Source of the DNA: Tubulanus polymorphus
Lineage: Eukaryota > Animalia > Nemertea
DNA: 64,000 nt
NCBI RefSeq assembly: GCF_964204645.1
Contig: NC_134029.1
Span: forward strand, 19,276,950-19,340,949
Direction: 5' to 3'
Part shown: positions 36,683-50,962 of the stretch, in pieces
How the letters are laid out: each line of letters begins with the position of its first letter
Position numbering within the stretch: position 1 is the stretch's first letter
Notes under the pieces: generated by a model
The model's database searches: none
Told to the model about the DNA's origin: nothing
Seen by the model: only the letters and a program-made list of their open reading frames with translations
Translations under genes and position numbers: made by a program

Positions 36683-39600
36683 AACTTGTTATAGCTGAAA
36701 ATACATTCACGCTTGTTTTTCGCCCCGATTCTGTAACGCCGGGCAATTTCAAACGTTTCACAGAGAAGCATTACGACGAATTAGCCGCATTAGCACGTGC
36801 ATGTCACGAACTTCACAAATTCATCCGGCGTTATGTGTAGGAAAATTGCTCGCATAAAGGCATAATTCGGGTTCAAATTGATTTCAATATACGTCCCCGG
36901 CTGGCTTATAATTCGGTGTAATTTCGCTAATGAGCCGCCATCTGGCTGATCCTGAATTGCTTATCACTTCATACGATGAATAAATTTACTTTAATAGTAA
37001 ACACATTAGCCGTTTCGACCGGCAGTTTCGTGTTGACTGAAACCGAAGCCTTGTAGTCCTTTGCAAATACTGCCAGTTCATTTTAAGACAGCCAGCCTGT
37101 CGATGTTGTTTATGTAATGGCGAAATGTATACCGCGTGTTTTATGGCATTTATCATTCATAATTTGAAGTATTTGTTCGCATATTTTGCCACACGCGACG
37201 CTTGGTCGACGGACGAAGTGTTTGCTTCAGTAAATTTTCGAAATTCCATTCAGTGTAAAAAGCTATAAATATATAATGATATCCGCACTTTACGTCACAT
37301 GAGAAAATAAAAGATATATAAAACAAACCACCCCGGCGACAAAAAAAAGTTTGAAGATAAGTCAATTTAAAAAGATAGATTTTAAGATTTCGTCTTCAAA
37401 ACAATGAACTGATGGGCATTCCCTTAATGACTTGGGAAGGAAATTGCATGGGTGCAGCCCTAATGCCACAAACGAGTTTTAGGAACATCGCTAGCCACGG
37501 CTATAGTCAGATTGTGTAAAATATAGAACTCGAAGGCTTGACTTCCGTATTACAACTGATTGTGTATTTCATTCCTAAAACAATACATGATTTAACTGCG
37601 TATGTGCTGGGGGGGGGGGGGTATGGAGATGTGGATTACACCAGGATCGAAAATGGATGACGTTGGCAAGTCTGACATTAAATTGAGCTGATCGAAGAGG
37701 TCTAGTATAGGTTGGTACAATGATATACATTATATTAGTTCTTGTTGGTAAAATGGCGCAATATTGTTTCAGCGATATTTTAGGGCCTCGCACGACATAT
37801 CTCGTTCGTCTATAAATTCCCAATTATTAAGATATTTTCTCTTTTCTGGATCCGACCCAGTTCTTCAGGTTTTTTTTCAATGATGCATGTGTAAGATGCG
37901 TATAAGTATGGTAAGATTCTTCTTTCGAGACGGATATATCATCCAACCATTAACCGTCGTATTTTCTTGCGAGGTATATTTCATTACAATATGTACCAAT
38001 AATTGAAGGTTGACGTATACGCTATTAGAATATTACGTTTTTTTCCCCGCGGAAGACTTTCAGGCCTGCGGGCCGTGGGCTGCCATTAAATTACTAATTG
38101 GCCGGCGGAGTGAAGGGTCAGGCTTGGTGTATGTCGAATTAGTGTAATCTCATCCGATTTTACTCGGAGCAATTTTCCAACCGCGGCTTCGAAAATTGTC
38201 GAGTAACACGACAAAATTTGCTATCTTGCCCAATTAAGGTTTGACCAAGGGCTGAAAACTTGTCGGATATTATTACGCGAACGACACCCCCACATCACGC
38301 GAAGCCTACCTTTTGCCGTAATTCGTGACTCAGATTTTTTTCCTACAAATTCGAGCCGATGATTTACTTCTTGAAAAATACAGTTTTCATAAAAACACGT
38401 TATGTATATAACGCAAGCAAACATGGCGAAAATCGTCATTAATCTGAATCAGTTTCTACGCGTCGTGGTTACACGGTTGGCGGGTCAATATTTCAACTAT
38501 TTCTGGTAAGGTTTTGATAAATCCACACGCGAGCTCTGATGAATTAGTCACGCTTGATAAGCGCCAGAATCCTTTACAGTTTTATTTACGTTCTCCTCAT
38601 ATCGGAGCCCTCGAACTCGACTCTATGAAATTGATATGATCATAATGACGTTGGTTGAATACGAAAGTATATCATTCGGAACGTATTCTTACTAGAACGT
38701 ATAGGAATCAGTTCGATCCCCTAAATCTAAGACCCAATGCACAGTCATGACTGAGAGCGATAAAGCAAAGCTCAACTCGTTTCGGCTGAAGTACCTTTTT
38801 CGTTTCGGTTTATGTTCTTTAGCCGGTCTAAGAAATTGAAGTTAAGTGCATTTTGGACTAAAAGTTTTTCCAAGCGTTAAGGGCCCAAAATATAGATATA
38901 GCGAGTTGAGTGGAATGACTCATAATCTATTGCAGGTCGATTGGGTCCGATATCTCGTTGGATTTTCTAAATTGTTCGCAGAATTTTGACAATAAGCAGA
39001 TGAATTTTCTTTATATTTGAGATCATCTACGTTGTTCATATCTCACTAAACTTTACGGAATTTTCTTCGTAATTTGTCACCGGGTACACATTCAAACGAC
39101 GCACATAGCCCGGCAATCACTCTCGCTACTCTGGATTCGTGCGCAACGTAAATTTTGATTTAAATTTCATCGCTCAATGATTGCCGGTGAAGCTACCTCG
39201 GATTGCACTTCCGAGGCTTGATCTGTTGTGACAGCATTCGTAATTATTTTTTGACGTGCCATTTTGTTTCATTTAGAATTCGGAAAGAAGCTCTCCGTAG
39301 CGTGAGTCAACTCCAAAACGGACACCGTAGCTGTCAAAAGTTTTCATATCATCCGTTATGTTGTATTCTCTCAGCCCTCTGAAGGAATATCCGTCATTGT
39401 ATCTAGTCATGTAAATTTCCATATTAGATAATCGGTTCAATGAAGCAGCGTTCATTAACTTGAAATTCAAAAAAAATCGTAACTCGCTCGAAGGGACGTA
39501 TACGTGTTCACGAAGTAAATGCATTTAAACTACAACCTGATAGAAATAATAGGTTTCGTATGAAGGTGTTTTTTTTAGATTATGAATGTCAATGTATATC

Positions 39601-42600
39601 TCACGTGTATAGAGAGACGTTGTTAACCCTGGTTATTATTGACGTGTCATCGATAGTAATCGCATTTTTCAAATGCACTTTTGTATATAGAATCAATTTT
39701 ATGAACGACGACATGCGAAGTTGCAGCGCAAAAAATTGCTTAAAAGACATTTGTTAGCTCCGGTAGGATAGGTCTCAGATTTCGGACTCAAAGCCCTTTA
39801 ATAAATACTGCAGTGAGTTGATATAGTTCATTTAGATTAGTTCAATCTTTAGTAACTGACTATTTTCTTATCTTTTTCTGTTGAAAATCATCATCCATGT
39901 CGTCATTTTGATAACTTAAGCTTTTATTGTCAGTTAAAAAACTATTGACAAATAACATTGAAACATCTATAACGATTGAAGCAACACCTGACAGTCCGTG
40001 TATCCGGAACGGCACACAATATCATACTGATGTTTATCGTGTCTCAAGTGTTTCCATAACTTCCGAACGAAATTTGTTTTGCCCATTAGATTTATGGATT
40101 TTGGCCGTACAAAATTCTTTCTAGGGATAACATTCCAGTAATGAAAAAAGATCTCGAGTGTTAATCGTAAACAAAAGGCCAAGACGAAAGTTTTTTTGAA
40201 ATATTTACATATATAAAAAATGTTGAAGGCAACATGGGCTTGCCAAAACATGTCAACAATATTTTTTGTATATATGTAGAATATCAATAAACGGATCTAA
40301 AATGTTTGCCTTGGCGTTTTGTTATTATTGACGCTTTCTAGGGATGTATCGAGATCTGGGTGTAGCATATGTGGTGCATCTAGTAAAAACGTGGCGCAAA
40401 TCTTCTATTTTGATCACCATTACAAATATTTATAATCCAAGACCCGTTTTTGTGTCAGTAATTTTAACGGCGTCTGCCGTAGACACGCTCGTGAAGTCGA
40501 GGCGCGAAAACTGCTGTGCATTTCTCCATTGAAGTACTTACCATTACCAGGTTGTTGTCACTCTCGACTGTCTTTCGTTTGTCAACGCGAATTTGCGAGA
40601 GCCGCGTCGACGACGACGGCGCAGCGCTAACGCGGCGAGGCCTTTACATCCGTTGCTAGTAAATTATCCCCGTGAGTCGCAAAATGACGGTGTTAGAAAC
40701 GTAATAACTGTTAAGATTCTCCCTCGGTGGTTTCAATGCATCTCGCCGCGTTCGCGTTGCCTTTACTTAATGGCATATTTGTTGCCCCGGCACACACTTT
40801 CTGTCCCCAAGTTGGCATTAGACGCAGTCACATGAACTCGTTTGCGAAGCGAATAAAAAATCTCTAATGATTAGCCTGTCACCATTTTAATGAAATCATC
40901 GTTTCATCATAAGTATAGAATTCACCGGCGCGCTATTAACTTTCCTAATCTACGTTTCAGTAAAAAGGCTCTCAGTTTTAAGTCGGTGAACTTTCTTCTT
41001 GTAATTTAGTCGTCGGATATTTACGACCTGTTTCGTAGTCAAATTACTATAATTCGGCGTCGTCAATTTAATACGAAACACACTATATAGTAGCAGCGAA
41101 TGTAACGCCATAATTCGATATGAAAAATACCGGGTCCCACTGGGGCTATATGACCAAGACGGCAATTTTCTTTATCAAATCTAATATATTGGATGTAATA
41201 TGCTGAATTAATGGCAAAATGGAGATATTCGCGGTGTTATCGTTTTGGCAAACATGCAATGCAGAAGATTTTAATTCGCAGGGGAGCGGAGGGGGAGGGG
41301 AAATCGGGAATTATTTAGAGAAGTACATATTTGGGTTTTAAGCTTCAGACTATTAAAGTCAAAACTCTGAACTGGATCTACGTTATAACCATTGATGAAA
41401 CTCTATATCCGTGTTGTGACGATAGAAAATTATTGATAATTTTTTGCTGTTAACTTATAGCGTTTCTGAAGATGACTTCTTTGTCGAATTCATAACTGGT
41501 TCTTAACATCATTGTGCTATTTCGTTTCGACTGTAACGAGATACCGTATTGTTAAAATGATAGAGACGAATCCGACATTTAGTTTAAGGAGTGAAAATTA
41601 AGGAGTGAAAATAATCGGATTCTGAATGCGTTGGGGGATTAGAAACTTTTATAAGCCTTTGTTGGCTTCATCTAATCTCCTCCACATTATATTAAAATGT
41701 CCCATACTTGTGTATATCTTTTGTATATCTTTATGGCATGTTGTAATTTATTGTGGAAATAGAATTATCATTATCATTCCATCTAGGCATCGATCGTAGG
41801 GTACGTATTTTACGTGGATATACCGGTAACCGTCTTTGCAGTTATTTATAGATAACTGCCATGCTTCACAGTCACTGGACAGGACTTTCGTTTTTAAAAA
41901 TGTTTAAAAGTTGACTAACTGTGTCTAACGTATAGACGATGCAGTAATCGACCGACAAGGCTGACCAGAAACACGAAGCTAAGGAAATAAAGATCTCGGG
42001 GATTCAGATGACAGTGAAATTCCATTATGAAACATTCAGGTGGTGAATAGTGTTACATCGGTCAACTCTCTAATATAGCTTTATTTTAAGGAGCGTCGTC
42101 ATCAATTTAGCGACGAGTTATCGGATCTGGTGAACACGGCTTCCTCTGCTCATCGCATTGTCACGCCGCCTCATCACGCGCTGGTCATAATTCAGATATT
42201 CGGTTACTCTGCGAATCGTGTTACGAAAATACGAAATCTTGTCTAAAGCGTCAAACTATATACTTCGTAGATTAAGTAAATTAACTACTTCGATGTTATA
42301 GCTCATTACGTTATTAATAGCTTACATGGAAAGTTAATTCTTTTTCAAAATATGACTCACTTCGTTTTGAAAACGCATATATTCTTTTTTATTTTCAACG
42401 AAGATGAAAATGAAAACGCTTTCGAATCATAACTTCGTCTGCAAATTTACTTCGAAATCAATATATTTATATTGATATTTATGTATATATGTATACATTA
42501 TTTTAATCGGATTAAAACGATGTTTCAGCCGACAGTTTAGTTCACGGTCCGGTCCATTTACGGTTGTTTTTGTTAATGAATAAATATTTCATAGCGTTAT

Positions 42601-44159
42601 CGGTAAATTGATTAGCTTCAGACATAAGGAATTGACAGCGCAAAGATGGATCGAGTGTTGCCCGCGGAGCGAATTTACTTTCATTTATTTGACCCAAACT
42701 GAGTCAATGTTTGCCCGGGGAGCGAATGTTTTCAGAGAATAAATCACAAGTAATTCGCTTAATGGCATGTAATTAGCACCGCGTATATATTTAGGTTATA
42801 TTTTTCGTCGAGTGGCTGCATTATTTTGCAAAAATACAATACAGCATAATAATCTCCGAGCTTGATCCCTGGTCAAAAGGTGAGCTACGTTTTTAGCATA
42901 CATGTTATATAAATATACATCGACAGAATAGCTCTTCTAGATGTACAGGCCTGTGTATATCCACGATTGTCTCATTTTCTATTTTATTCTGCAGGTGATA
43001 GTAGTATATTATGTATGTTGTGAAACAGACGTAGTTTTTACGTCCGTGGTTTGAACAGCCAACATCATGAATGTAAAATTACGTAGTCGCTCGCCTATAG
43101 TTACACCTCTATCCTAGGAATAATAATCAAAATCAAGGTCGCTAGCTTGGGCACGTTTTCTACGTTATGTGCATCGTTTAGTTAACACCGGAATTGGTAA
43201 AATTGCTAGTTCCAAAAACGGCACCAGTACGTCTTAAGCGTCGGTATTTGTAAAGGGTGTCATTGTGCCGAAGATGTCAATGCAACGGTTCGAATCCTTA
43301 TTTCTTAGATTTAAGGTTCAATATCATTACGTAAAGCATGTAGAACGCTTTGTTGTCTTGTCTCTCGCAACATACTTTTCTTCAATCTTTTGAATCACTG
43401 CCAATTATCTTGCGGACTTCGAGTGGAATACCATGGCAACAACAAAAGGCTTTCTCGAGTTTTAACTCGGAGTTAACTTTCCTCCGCAATACGTCGGAAA
43501 CTACGACTCGAGTGTAATGCCATAAACCACATTCTGCGAAGATGCCGTCGTGGAAATATGCATCGGGTCTGAATCGGAGCAGCGATGACGTGCTGTTGTT
43601 GTAATCTTGTCAGATTTCAATTCAGCACTTAGATAAATCAGGCCAAACAGCGACAATTATGAATAAATTCGCTATTAATCTTGCATTTCAAATACGAAAT
43701 GCCGCGTCACCTTTAAATCTTCCGAAACTCAGCGCAAAATGGAAATCGTCGTAGTTGATGTAACGATTATAGCGGGCAATCTGCACGCTGTGGGTTTCTT
43801 ATTAGACGGAATTAGTTCGCCGCGTGTGTTCGAGTATACGCCGAGCTTTGAATTTGCTATTTGCACCATAACGTTAATGCTTTTAAAAATATTGTATGAA
43901 ACATCGACGCGCTTTTTGCGCTGCGTGTTGTCATTTCACGATAACGCCGGATCGCGAGTCATCATCGGCTATAGAATCTGCTTGTCAGATTAACACGACG
44001 TGTAGCTGGGCAGGGTAGTAGTTCGAGATCGAACTCGCGCACGCGGCGTGCTCTGGATCAGCTTATTCCAGAATACACGCTTTGAAATATGAATATTGTC
44101 GTCTGTTCGATTATCGAGTTTTTATTCTACGCAGCAGACGATATTTTTCAAGAGTTTCG

Positions 44160-44530
44160 CTCATTCCACCGCGCTCGCTCGCGCGCGCGCGCGAAGATTT
44201 CCACTAAAACGTTGTCAACTTGAAGCGCATTTCGGAACGTACGTTCGAACGACTTGAAACGTTCGTAAATTGACGCGTGAGTGTTTACGGTGAGGTCTCA
44301 TCCGGGTTCATCACCACGCTGCCGACTGTCAGTTTTTGTTTGCAGACGAAACGACGACGCAAGAAGACGAACACAGCCGGTAAATTGACGAAGAAGGATT
44401 TGATTACTTATCGCATGTCATACTTCTCGGCGATTGCGAATAGGATTCGCGCATTAATCACTCATAAAAGTCAAAGCGCTGTTGTCGGAACCGGCAAAGC
44501 ACCGACGCGAGGATTCTAAAAAGGTGAATC
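44160..44530 (+). promoter_or_regulatory. Putative promoter with 5' exons separated by a 69-nt intron
   Basis: (GC)n run ~44178-44192; GTGAGT donor at 44277; TTTTTGTTTGCAG acceptor ending 44345; candidate donors at 44380 and 44524. Confidence 0.35.
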
Positions 44531-45929
44531 TTCTCTTCAAGTCTACTATGAAACTTCAAGCTATTTCCCTTTCAATATCCTATGCATTCTTTATGACAAC
44601 CAGCTAGCTGTACACACATTTTAAGATTTTGAAATTGTTTCCACTAATATTCTTCCATCAAAGCCCAGCTCTGAATTTGTTTTAATGCACTTTTCAATCG
44701 AATCGAGCTTTTTGAATTCAACTGCGCTTCCGAATCAATCATCAGTGATTAAACCCGACGTTTGATTTCGATGATTCCAGTTATTTACTCATTTCAGATG
44801 AGTCAATTTCATGTTTTTGCGATTGTTTTACAAATTTTTGCGTATTGCCGAAGTTTTAACGTACGTATGTTCCTCAATATGTAAACATTCGAATTCAAAG
44901 TCATCAACGGCGCGATATGAAATGACAATAACTATATTAAAAACGTATGTTTTCGTTGAAAGGTATATTAATCATAATCTTTTGTCGCCGTTAATGAACT
45001 GACTGTGAGGGTCGCCTGTGTGTCCCGTTTTCGCGTAATCAAACGCAATCCCCGAAGGCCCCGAACGGCATTAGTTTTTTTAGTAATTATTTCAAAGCTA
45101 TACCGAAATGCAAGAATCTATTTATGAGTTTCATTTCATCTACGTATCTCTACATCTCGTTGATATCGCTTTTTGATATATTTGAAGTGTATTACACGAA
45201 CTTCTAATATCGCGTACATGTCTACATTTTCTATTGCGTATTATTCCCGGGTGGCCGAGTGTGTATTGGAACAGTTTTCTATGTATTGTTTTGCGACGAC
45301 TGCCTCGCTTTTCAGCTGTATCGCGAAACGTTAATTGTTTTTTGTCGGGCACAAAAAGAATAATTCACCGCGAATTCTACCGGGAATCGATGGGAGCTGT
45401 GTGTATGCAAATAGGCCTGGATAAATATGAGCGCGCGTCGCTTGAATACGGACCCAGTCAGCTGTCAGCCGAGGCAAAGAGGGATCTTTGTTTAATCGCG
45501 GAAACTTCAATGATTTGCGTCTGTTTTTGTAAATCGAAGCTCGAACACGCGAAATCAACTACTTTACTTGAATGTTAAATGCGCTTATATAGCGCTATCG
45601 GTTTATTATTTCTGTATCCAGGATTGAGATAAGCCAGCCAGAAATGACCCTCACCACCCGGCCTTGGTAAAGCTTCGAGCAAAACACTCATATACATGTA
45701 CTTACCAATTGATCAATAATGCTTCATACCATTCAAAAGTATGACACACTCTCTTGTACTAGTTCCCTGTGAAACATCGCTGATCCTCAATGGTCTGCGT
45801 AAACATTTGCTCCTTTTCAAAATAACCTGAAATCTAGAAGGCTGTTATCAACTGCAAATTACCTTTTAAGGAAATTCGACATATTTCTTTTTTTTCGGCG
45901 CGGTTTCCGAAACAAGGGTTTCTGAGTAT

Positions 45930-46085
45930 ATACGGAAACGCGGAAACTTGGAATCGGGCGTGTTTGATCTCGGAAACGTTGATCCCGAAACAGTACGCAC
46001 ATTAACCAAGGGCAACGCTCGGAAACGTGTTTATGTCTCCTGTTTCCGTGTTTCTCTGTACCGTCTGTCCGTGTTTGGCTTGAGA
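45930..46085. repeat. Dispersed repeat (GGAAAC-rich family), copy 2
   Basis: Aligns with 5795-6000. Confidence 0.6.
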
Positions 46086-46569
46086 GAAAATTCGAAATGG
46101 TTTTTCATCGTTTTAGCCTGTCTGGCGTCCTAGCGTCCTAATTTGCATATCAGGAAATTTACGTTACGGCCTGTATCAGCCACGATTGATCGACATAATA
46201 TCGAAACATCTTTTTTTTCAATAAAAGCTTGAGATTAAAGTCGTGTAAATTACGAATATTTCTGGCTTTAGAATTGATTATCTTACATAAGAGTACAGAG
46301 TTAACAACATTTTCAGTTTTGATTCACATGGTTTTCTGCCAAAACCTGCATTTTACATTATCCGAAATCTATTTCATGCTGACTCCGGCGAAGTTGTCAG
46401 ATTTCTCGGTGGCATCACCTGTTCATTCATCATCTCAGGGGCTGAAAGAAAAAACCACCTTTATTCAGTAAAGGTTTCTAAATCGATATCGTAACTCCTA
46501 GAAGGTTGACTATCAATATAAATGGAACTAGACCAAGTGAGCCATAAAGTTTATCAAATAATGTTTTTG

Positions 46570-47095
46570 ATCTTAATAGGGATTATCCCCGTTATTCGTT
46601 TGATTGATTGATTAATTTTGATTTTATTTGATTGTTATGTCCCTTACAAACCCACCACAACTGCCGGGAGCGAAACAGGGGGTTTGATTTTAAAATCGGA
46701 AATCAGAGTACATTATAACATAGATGTGTGATCGGCGGTTGAGTTTACAGAATGTTTTGTTCAAATCGAAGTACATTACTGGAGATTTCGGTTCCAACCA
46801 GTGACTGATAGGGTTAATTCTTTAGCTTCCTATGGTAACTTAACCATAAGGGTTGAATATCAAATAAGGTTAACCGCATAAGACCCAATCCCCAGTGATC
46901 CAAATTATTTTTCTATCTTAAAATAGGGATTGACCCCGTTATTCATTTGATTGGTAGATTTCGTTTGATTTTTTCTCATTCAGGGTCCCTTAAAAACCCA
47001 CCAACCTTCTAATCGAAACAGGGGTTTGATTTTGAAATCGAAAATCGAAGTACAGATATTGTCGTGTGTTCGGCGGCCGAGTTTAGCCACGACAT
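46570..47095 (+). repeat. Two near-tandem copies (2 and 3 of 5) of the ~280-bp dispersed repeat
   Basis: Copies at ~46570-46800 and ~46915-47095 align with 11525-11800. Confidence 0.85.
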
Positions 47096-48611
47096 GTTTT
47101 AACCTTTAGAAGAGATAAATCTAATACATAATGGAACTTCTGTTCTGATGCATGAAATCATATTGTTGCAGTAGATATAACATTTTGACCACTTCACCTC
47201 AACTTAAGATAACGACGGCGCTTTAACTCATCTGATTCCCGATTATCAACACCAGTCTATATAAAAGATAAAATTAGATTTTGGACCTTATCTATATTTA
47301 CAGGTGGCCATCGGCCTTATCAACATTCTTTTAGCTATTTGGCCAACCTCCTAATCTATAATGGTCGTGAAGATTCGAATTTGATTGACGGAATGTTAGA
47401 AAAATCGTAGTCGCCGCCATCGTGCGGTTCTTAAGGTTAATAAAACATGTAGATAACTCAAAGACTTTATTATCCTGCAGTGATGCGAAATTGACCAGGT
47501 CATCGGCGCAATCCCCTGGCACTTTAAGCGACGATTAATCCCCTTCCGGACTCGACTGTCTTTCTTCGCCGTCGCTATCTAAGCCGTCATCGGCGTTTTT
47601 TTTGCGCGCGCGCGGCATTGACGGAGCTTAGCGCTAAAACTTATCTTCGGCACAATACGGGTGACAGCAATTCCTACATCGGGTTATGGACAGTACATAG
47701 CAGTAGATTACCCGCTGTCATTTTCTGTCATTGTATCGTTTGTTTCGGACCATGTCTGCCCGAGAAACGACGTCTCTCTAATATCGTAAGGATTACCAGT
47801 ATTCATCGTCGTCGAGTACCTTTAATTATACCCCGTTAACGATGAATCTGAAGTAACGAGGCGAATTCGCGATTAATGGAAAATTTAACCTATCAAGTTA
47901 AAAGAGCCAATTAATTCCGTTCTAATGCCGCTGGAAATCTATTTTTGATAAAGTGATCTTTTTGAAGGTGATCATTATCGATGAGGGCAGATTTCAGATT
48001 TGAGTTTGTTGATATACAATATCCATTTTTCCATCGGGAGAACGCTAGCTATGTTATCGGTAATATCAAACGATCTTTAACTCGCGCTTGCTTGCTCGTT
48101 AAATGTCATTATTCTTCGATATAGCCACGAATTCGATACAAGTCGCCGATAGGTGCGATGAAAGTATTTTGATAAAGAAAAAAGCCCCGAAACCTCGATA
48201 CCGATCAAGACGACGGCGGATTCGCGTCATATAACCTGTAGGTCTTGTAAAGACGGGTACAAAAATTGATAAAAGTTAACAATACTCTACGGGCTGAGAC
48301 TAATTTCAGACATAAATTTGCCAAATTAATCCATAAATTTGATTGCGTTCATCTGAAATTGTGCGATGTATAGATCCTTAGGTTGTTTTAACTCCTTAAT
48401 CCTCCTTTCTTCTTCTTAATCAATCACTTCGTTTGATTCTTGTATAGATATCTTGAAAATGTATTCTGTATCAGTATATACGCCCGATGATGGCTATTAG
48501 GCGAGGAAACGTTGCTCTGAAAGTACAATCATTTAATTCTAGAACGCAATATCTTTCGCTGAAATTATTGTTTGTTTTCTTACGTAAACCATATATACAT
48601 TATTTCGATTA

Positions 48612-48940
48612 AATAATGATAATAATGATGATGATAATAATAATGATTATAATGATAACAATAATAATTCATTGCCTTAATTAATTCCATATAAGATATG
48701 CTGTTTGGCTTACAGAACTACGATACACGAATTAGAATAAATAGTAAAACAACAGTTAGATATAAAAGAGGAGTCCTCAAGAATAAGCTTTGATAAAAAG
48801 GTGTGTCAAAATTTGAAATTTTGAGGCATCTAATGATGGGCTAAATCGTAATTTGTAAGGTAACCTATTTAAAAGAAACGGCGCACAATTTAGGATCAAG
48901 TTATTGTAAGTCGCGTGCAAGGACTACATGGAGTCTTCTG
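48612..48940 (-). mobile_element. CR1/L2-group LINE 3' remnant with (ATT/ATC)n tail
   Basis: Minus-strand LILNCAPFLLNRLPYKLRFSPSLDASKFQILTHLF; microsatellite tail at 48612-48668. Confidence 0.6.
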
Positions 48941-50962
48941 TTGAATTGGCGATTTTTAATCATGAAATGACTTCTGTTCTCATCGTGGCCCCTATACGCT
49001 GATATACATCGCTTATCAGTCCTCGCTTCGCCTTCGGTAATTTTTCATCTCTGACTGATTGACTGGTATACAGCGTCATATAAGAATTAATGCTGTGCTT
49101 TTATTTTCAACAAACCACTGTGTGCCACTTAGCCAAACGAGTTGGATTGATTGATTCTGCCTGTCAGAATCCAATTGCCCCGTAACTGTTAATCATACCC
49201 ATTTACTGCCGCAGAAATCGCGGAAATATAACTGCCATTTTGTTTGCCGTGGTCTTTTTGTGCATAGGTGGATGTGCATTGTGTCAACTTTTATTTCGCG
49301 ATGCGGCTTTCGTTCATCAACGATTTGTGGCCGGTCTCACTTTGTCGGCGCGTCTGTGCTGAGCGATATATATTACCGAGGCGGGCTTTTTGCTATTATT
49401 TTCGCCGTTAATAAATAAAGTGTAGGCTACATCCGTTTTCAAGCGTGCCTTGCTAATGAATATACCTATTCCGATGATAGTATCGTATAGCGCGCATAAA
49501 ATCAGAAATGATGATTTATATTCGTTCATTAACAACCAGACAGGCGTTACTTTATCCGAATATCTTCTTAGAAAAAAAAAAACGCAACCGACAGACCGCG
49601 ATATGAAGGTCAGGTTTATGAAAAAGGGCCACCGGTTTCCATTCCGAAGTTGGCCATCGCCAACACCCAAGCCCTTGTGTGGTTTCAAAAAGTGGCGAAA
49701 ATCAATATAACCGAAAGATGATAAATGGACCAATCAATCGATAGTGTAAACGGGCCCATTTCCATATCCAGATCAACATAATTCGACTTAGTGGTTACTT
49801 AGAAAACTATTCGAATCTAAAACCGTCGTTCGAAAAATTCTGAATTTCACCTACGTTTACCATAAGAACCCTTTTAGCTCTTTCGTCGAATTGAATGCAC
49901 TTCAAAAAATGATAATAATCTTATTTCATTCCTTTGATTGGGGGCCCCAAAAATATCAGAGGTATAAATATTTGCTTCTATCTTAGCTTAAGAGGCCAAT
50001 TTGAAACTTTTCTAATTTCAAGTTCAAACACGTGTAACGAGCCTTCGAGTGAAATAATTGGCCGTATTATATAAAAGCAAATTCGCTCTTTTTAATTCAA
50101 AAAGAAAACTTTTTAAAATTCTAATTGCAATTAGATTCCACTATCTAATTGACGGTACTTCAAAGCTTTCGCTGCATTTCTTGTGAGTTTCGTTATTGGA
50201 TACGGCTGTCCACTGGAGAATTGGAGTTGAGAGAGAAGGATTTTTTTTTTGGTCAAAGCAAATTGGACATGCAGACGATCAAAGAAGCACTGACCGATGC
50301 GGATTGTTCGTCGGCAATTCGCTTAAAACGGTGAGAAATAATACTCGTTCGTCGTCTGGCGACCGTCGTGTTTTAATTAGATCAAATAAAACAACTTTCG
50401 AAGGAGCACGTCAGTACATGATAAATGCATCTAGTGAGCCGAACTCGTGCCCGCGGGGACACTTAATTTAGTCGACTGAGTTTAAAAGGTTTTAGAATAA
50501 TGCGCGTGATAGTGTTGTTAAAACGGTTCTAATTACATTCGGGGTAGAGAAATTTAACGTATTGATCCCGCTGTACGCGAGCTCGACGAGCGCAGAGACA
50601 AATCGTATTTCGTACCGTATAGCGTGAAATCCGACGAAACTCTTTTGCAATCCATTTCTCACGAAGAAAAATTGGTAATATTCGGCAAAACGCTATGTGT
50701 AGATGTACGTAGATTAGGTTACGTATTCACTAAGGCGTATCACTTTAATGGGTGCATTTCGCTACTTTTAAAATGCCAAACTCAATTCAAGTGATTTAGA
50801 AGTTTATGTTAGGACAAAGCATATAACAAGATATAATCCTACAGCTGAGGTCTGAGGTCCTCAATTCCAACCAAAACGTTAGAAGGTCTCCATATCCGTG
50901 TTGTGACGATATGTGAGATAATTAGAGAATCCCATATTAATAACGAAAAAGTATAAGGTTCT

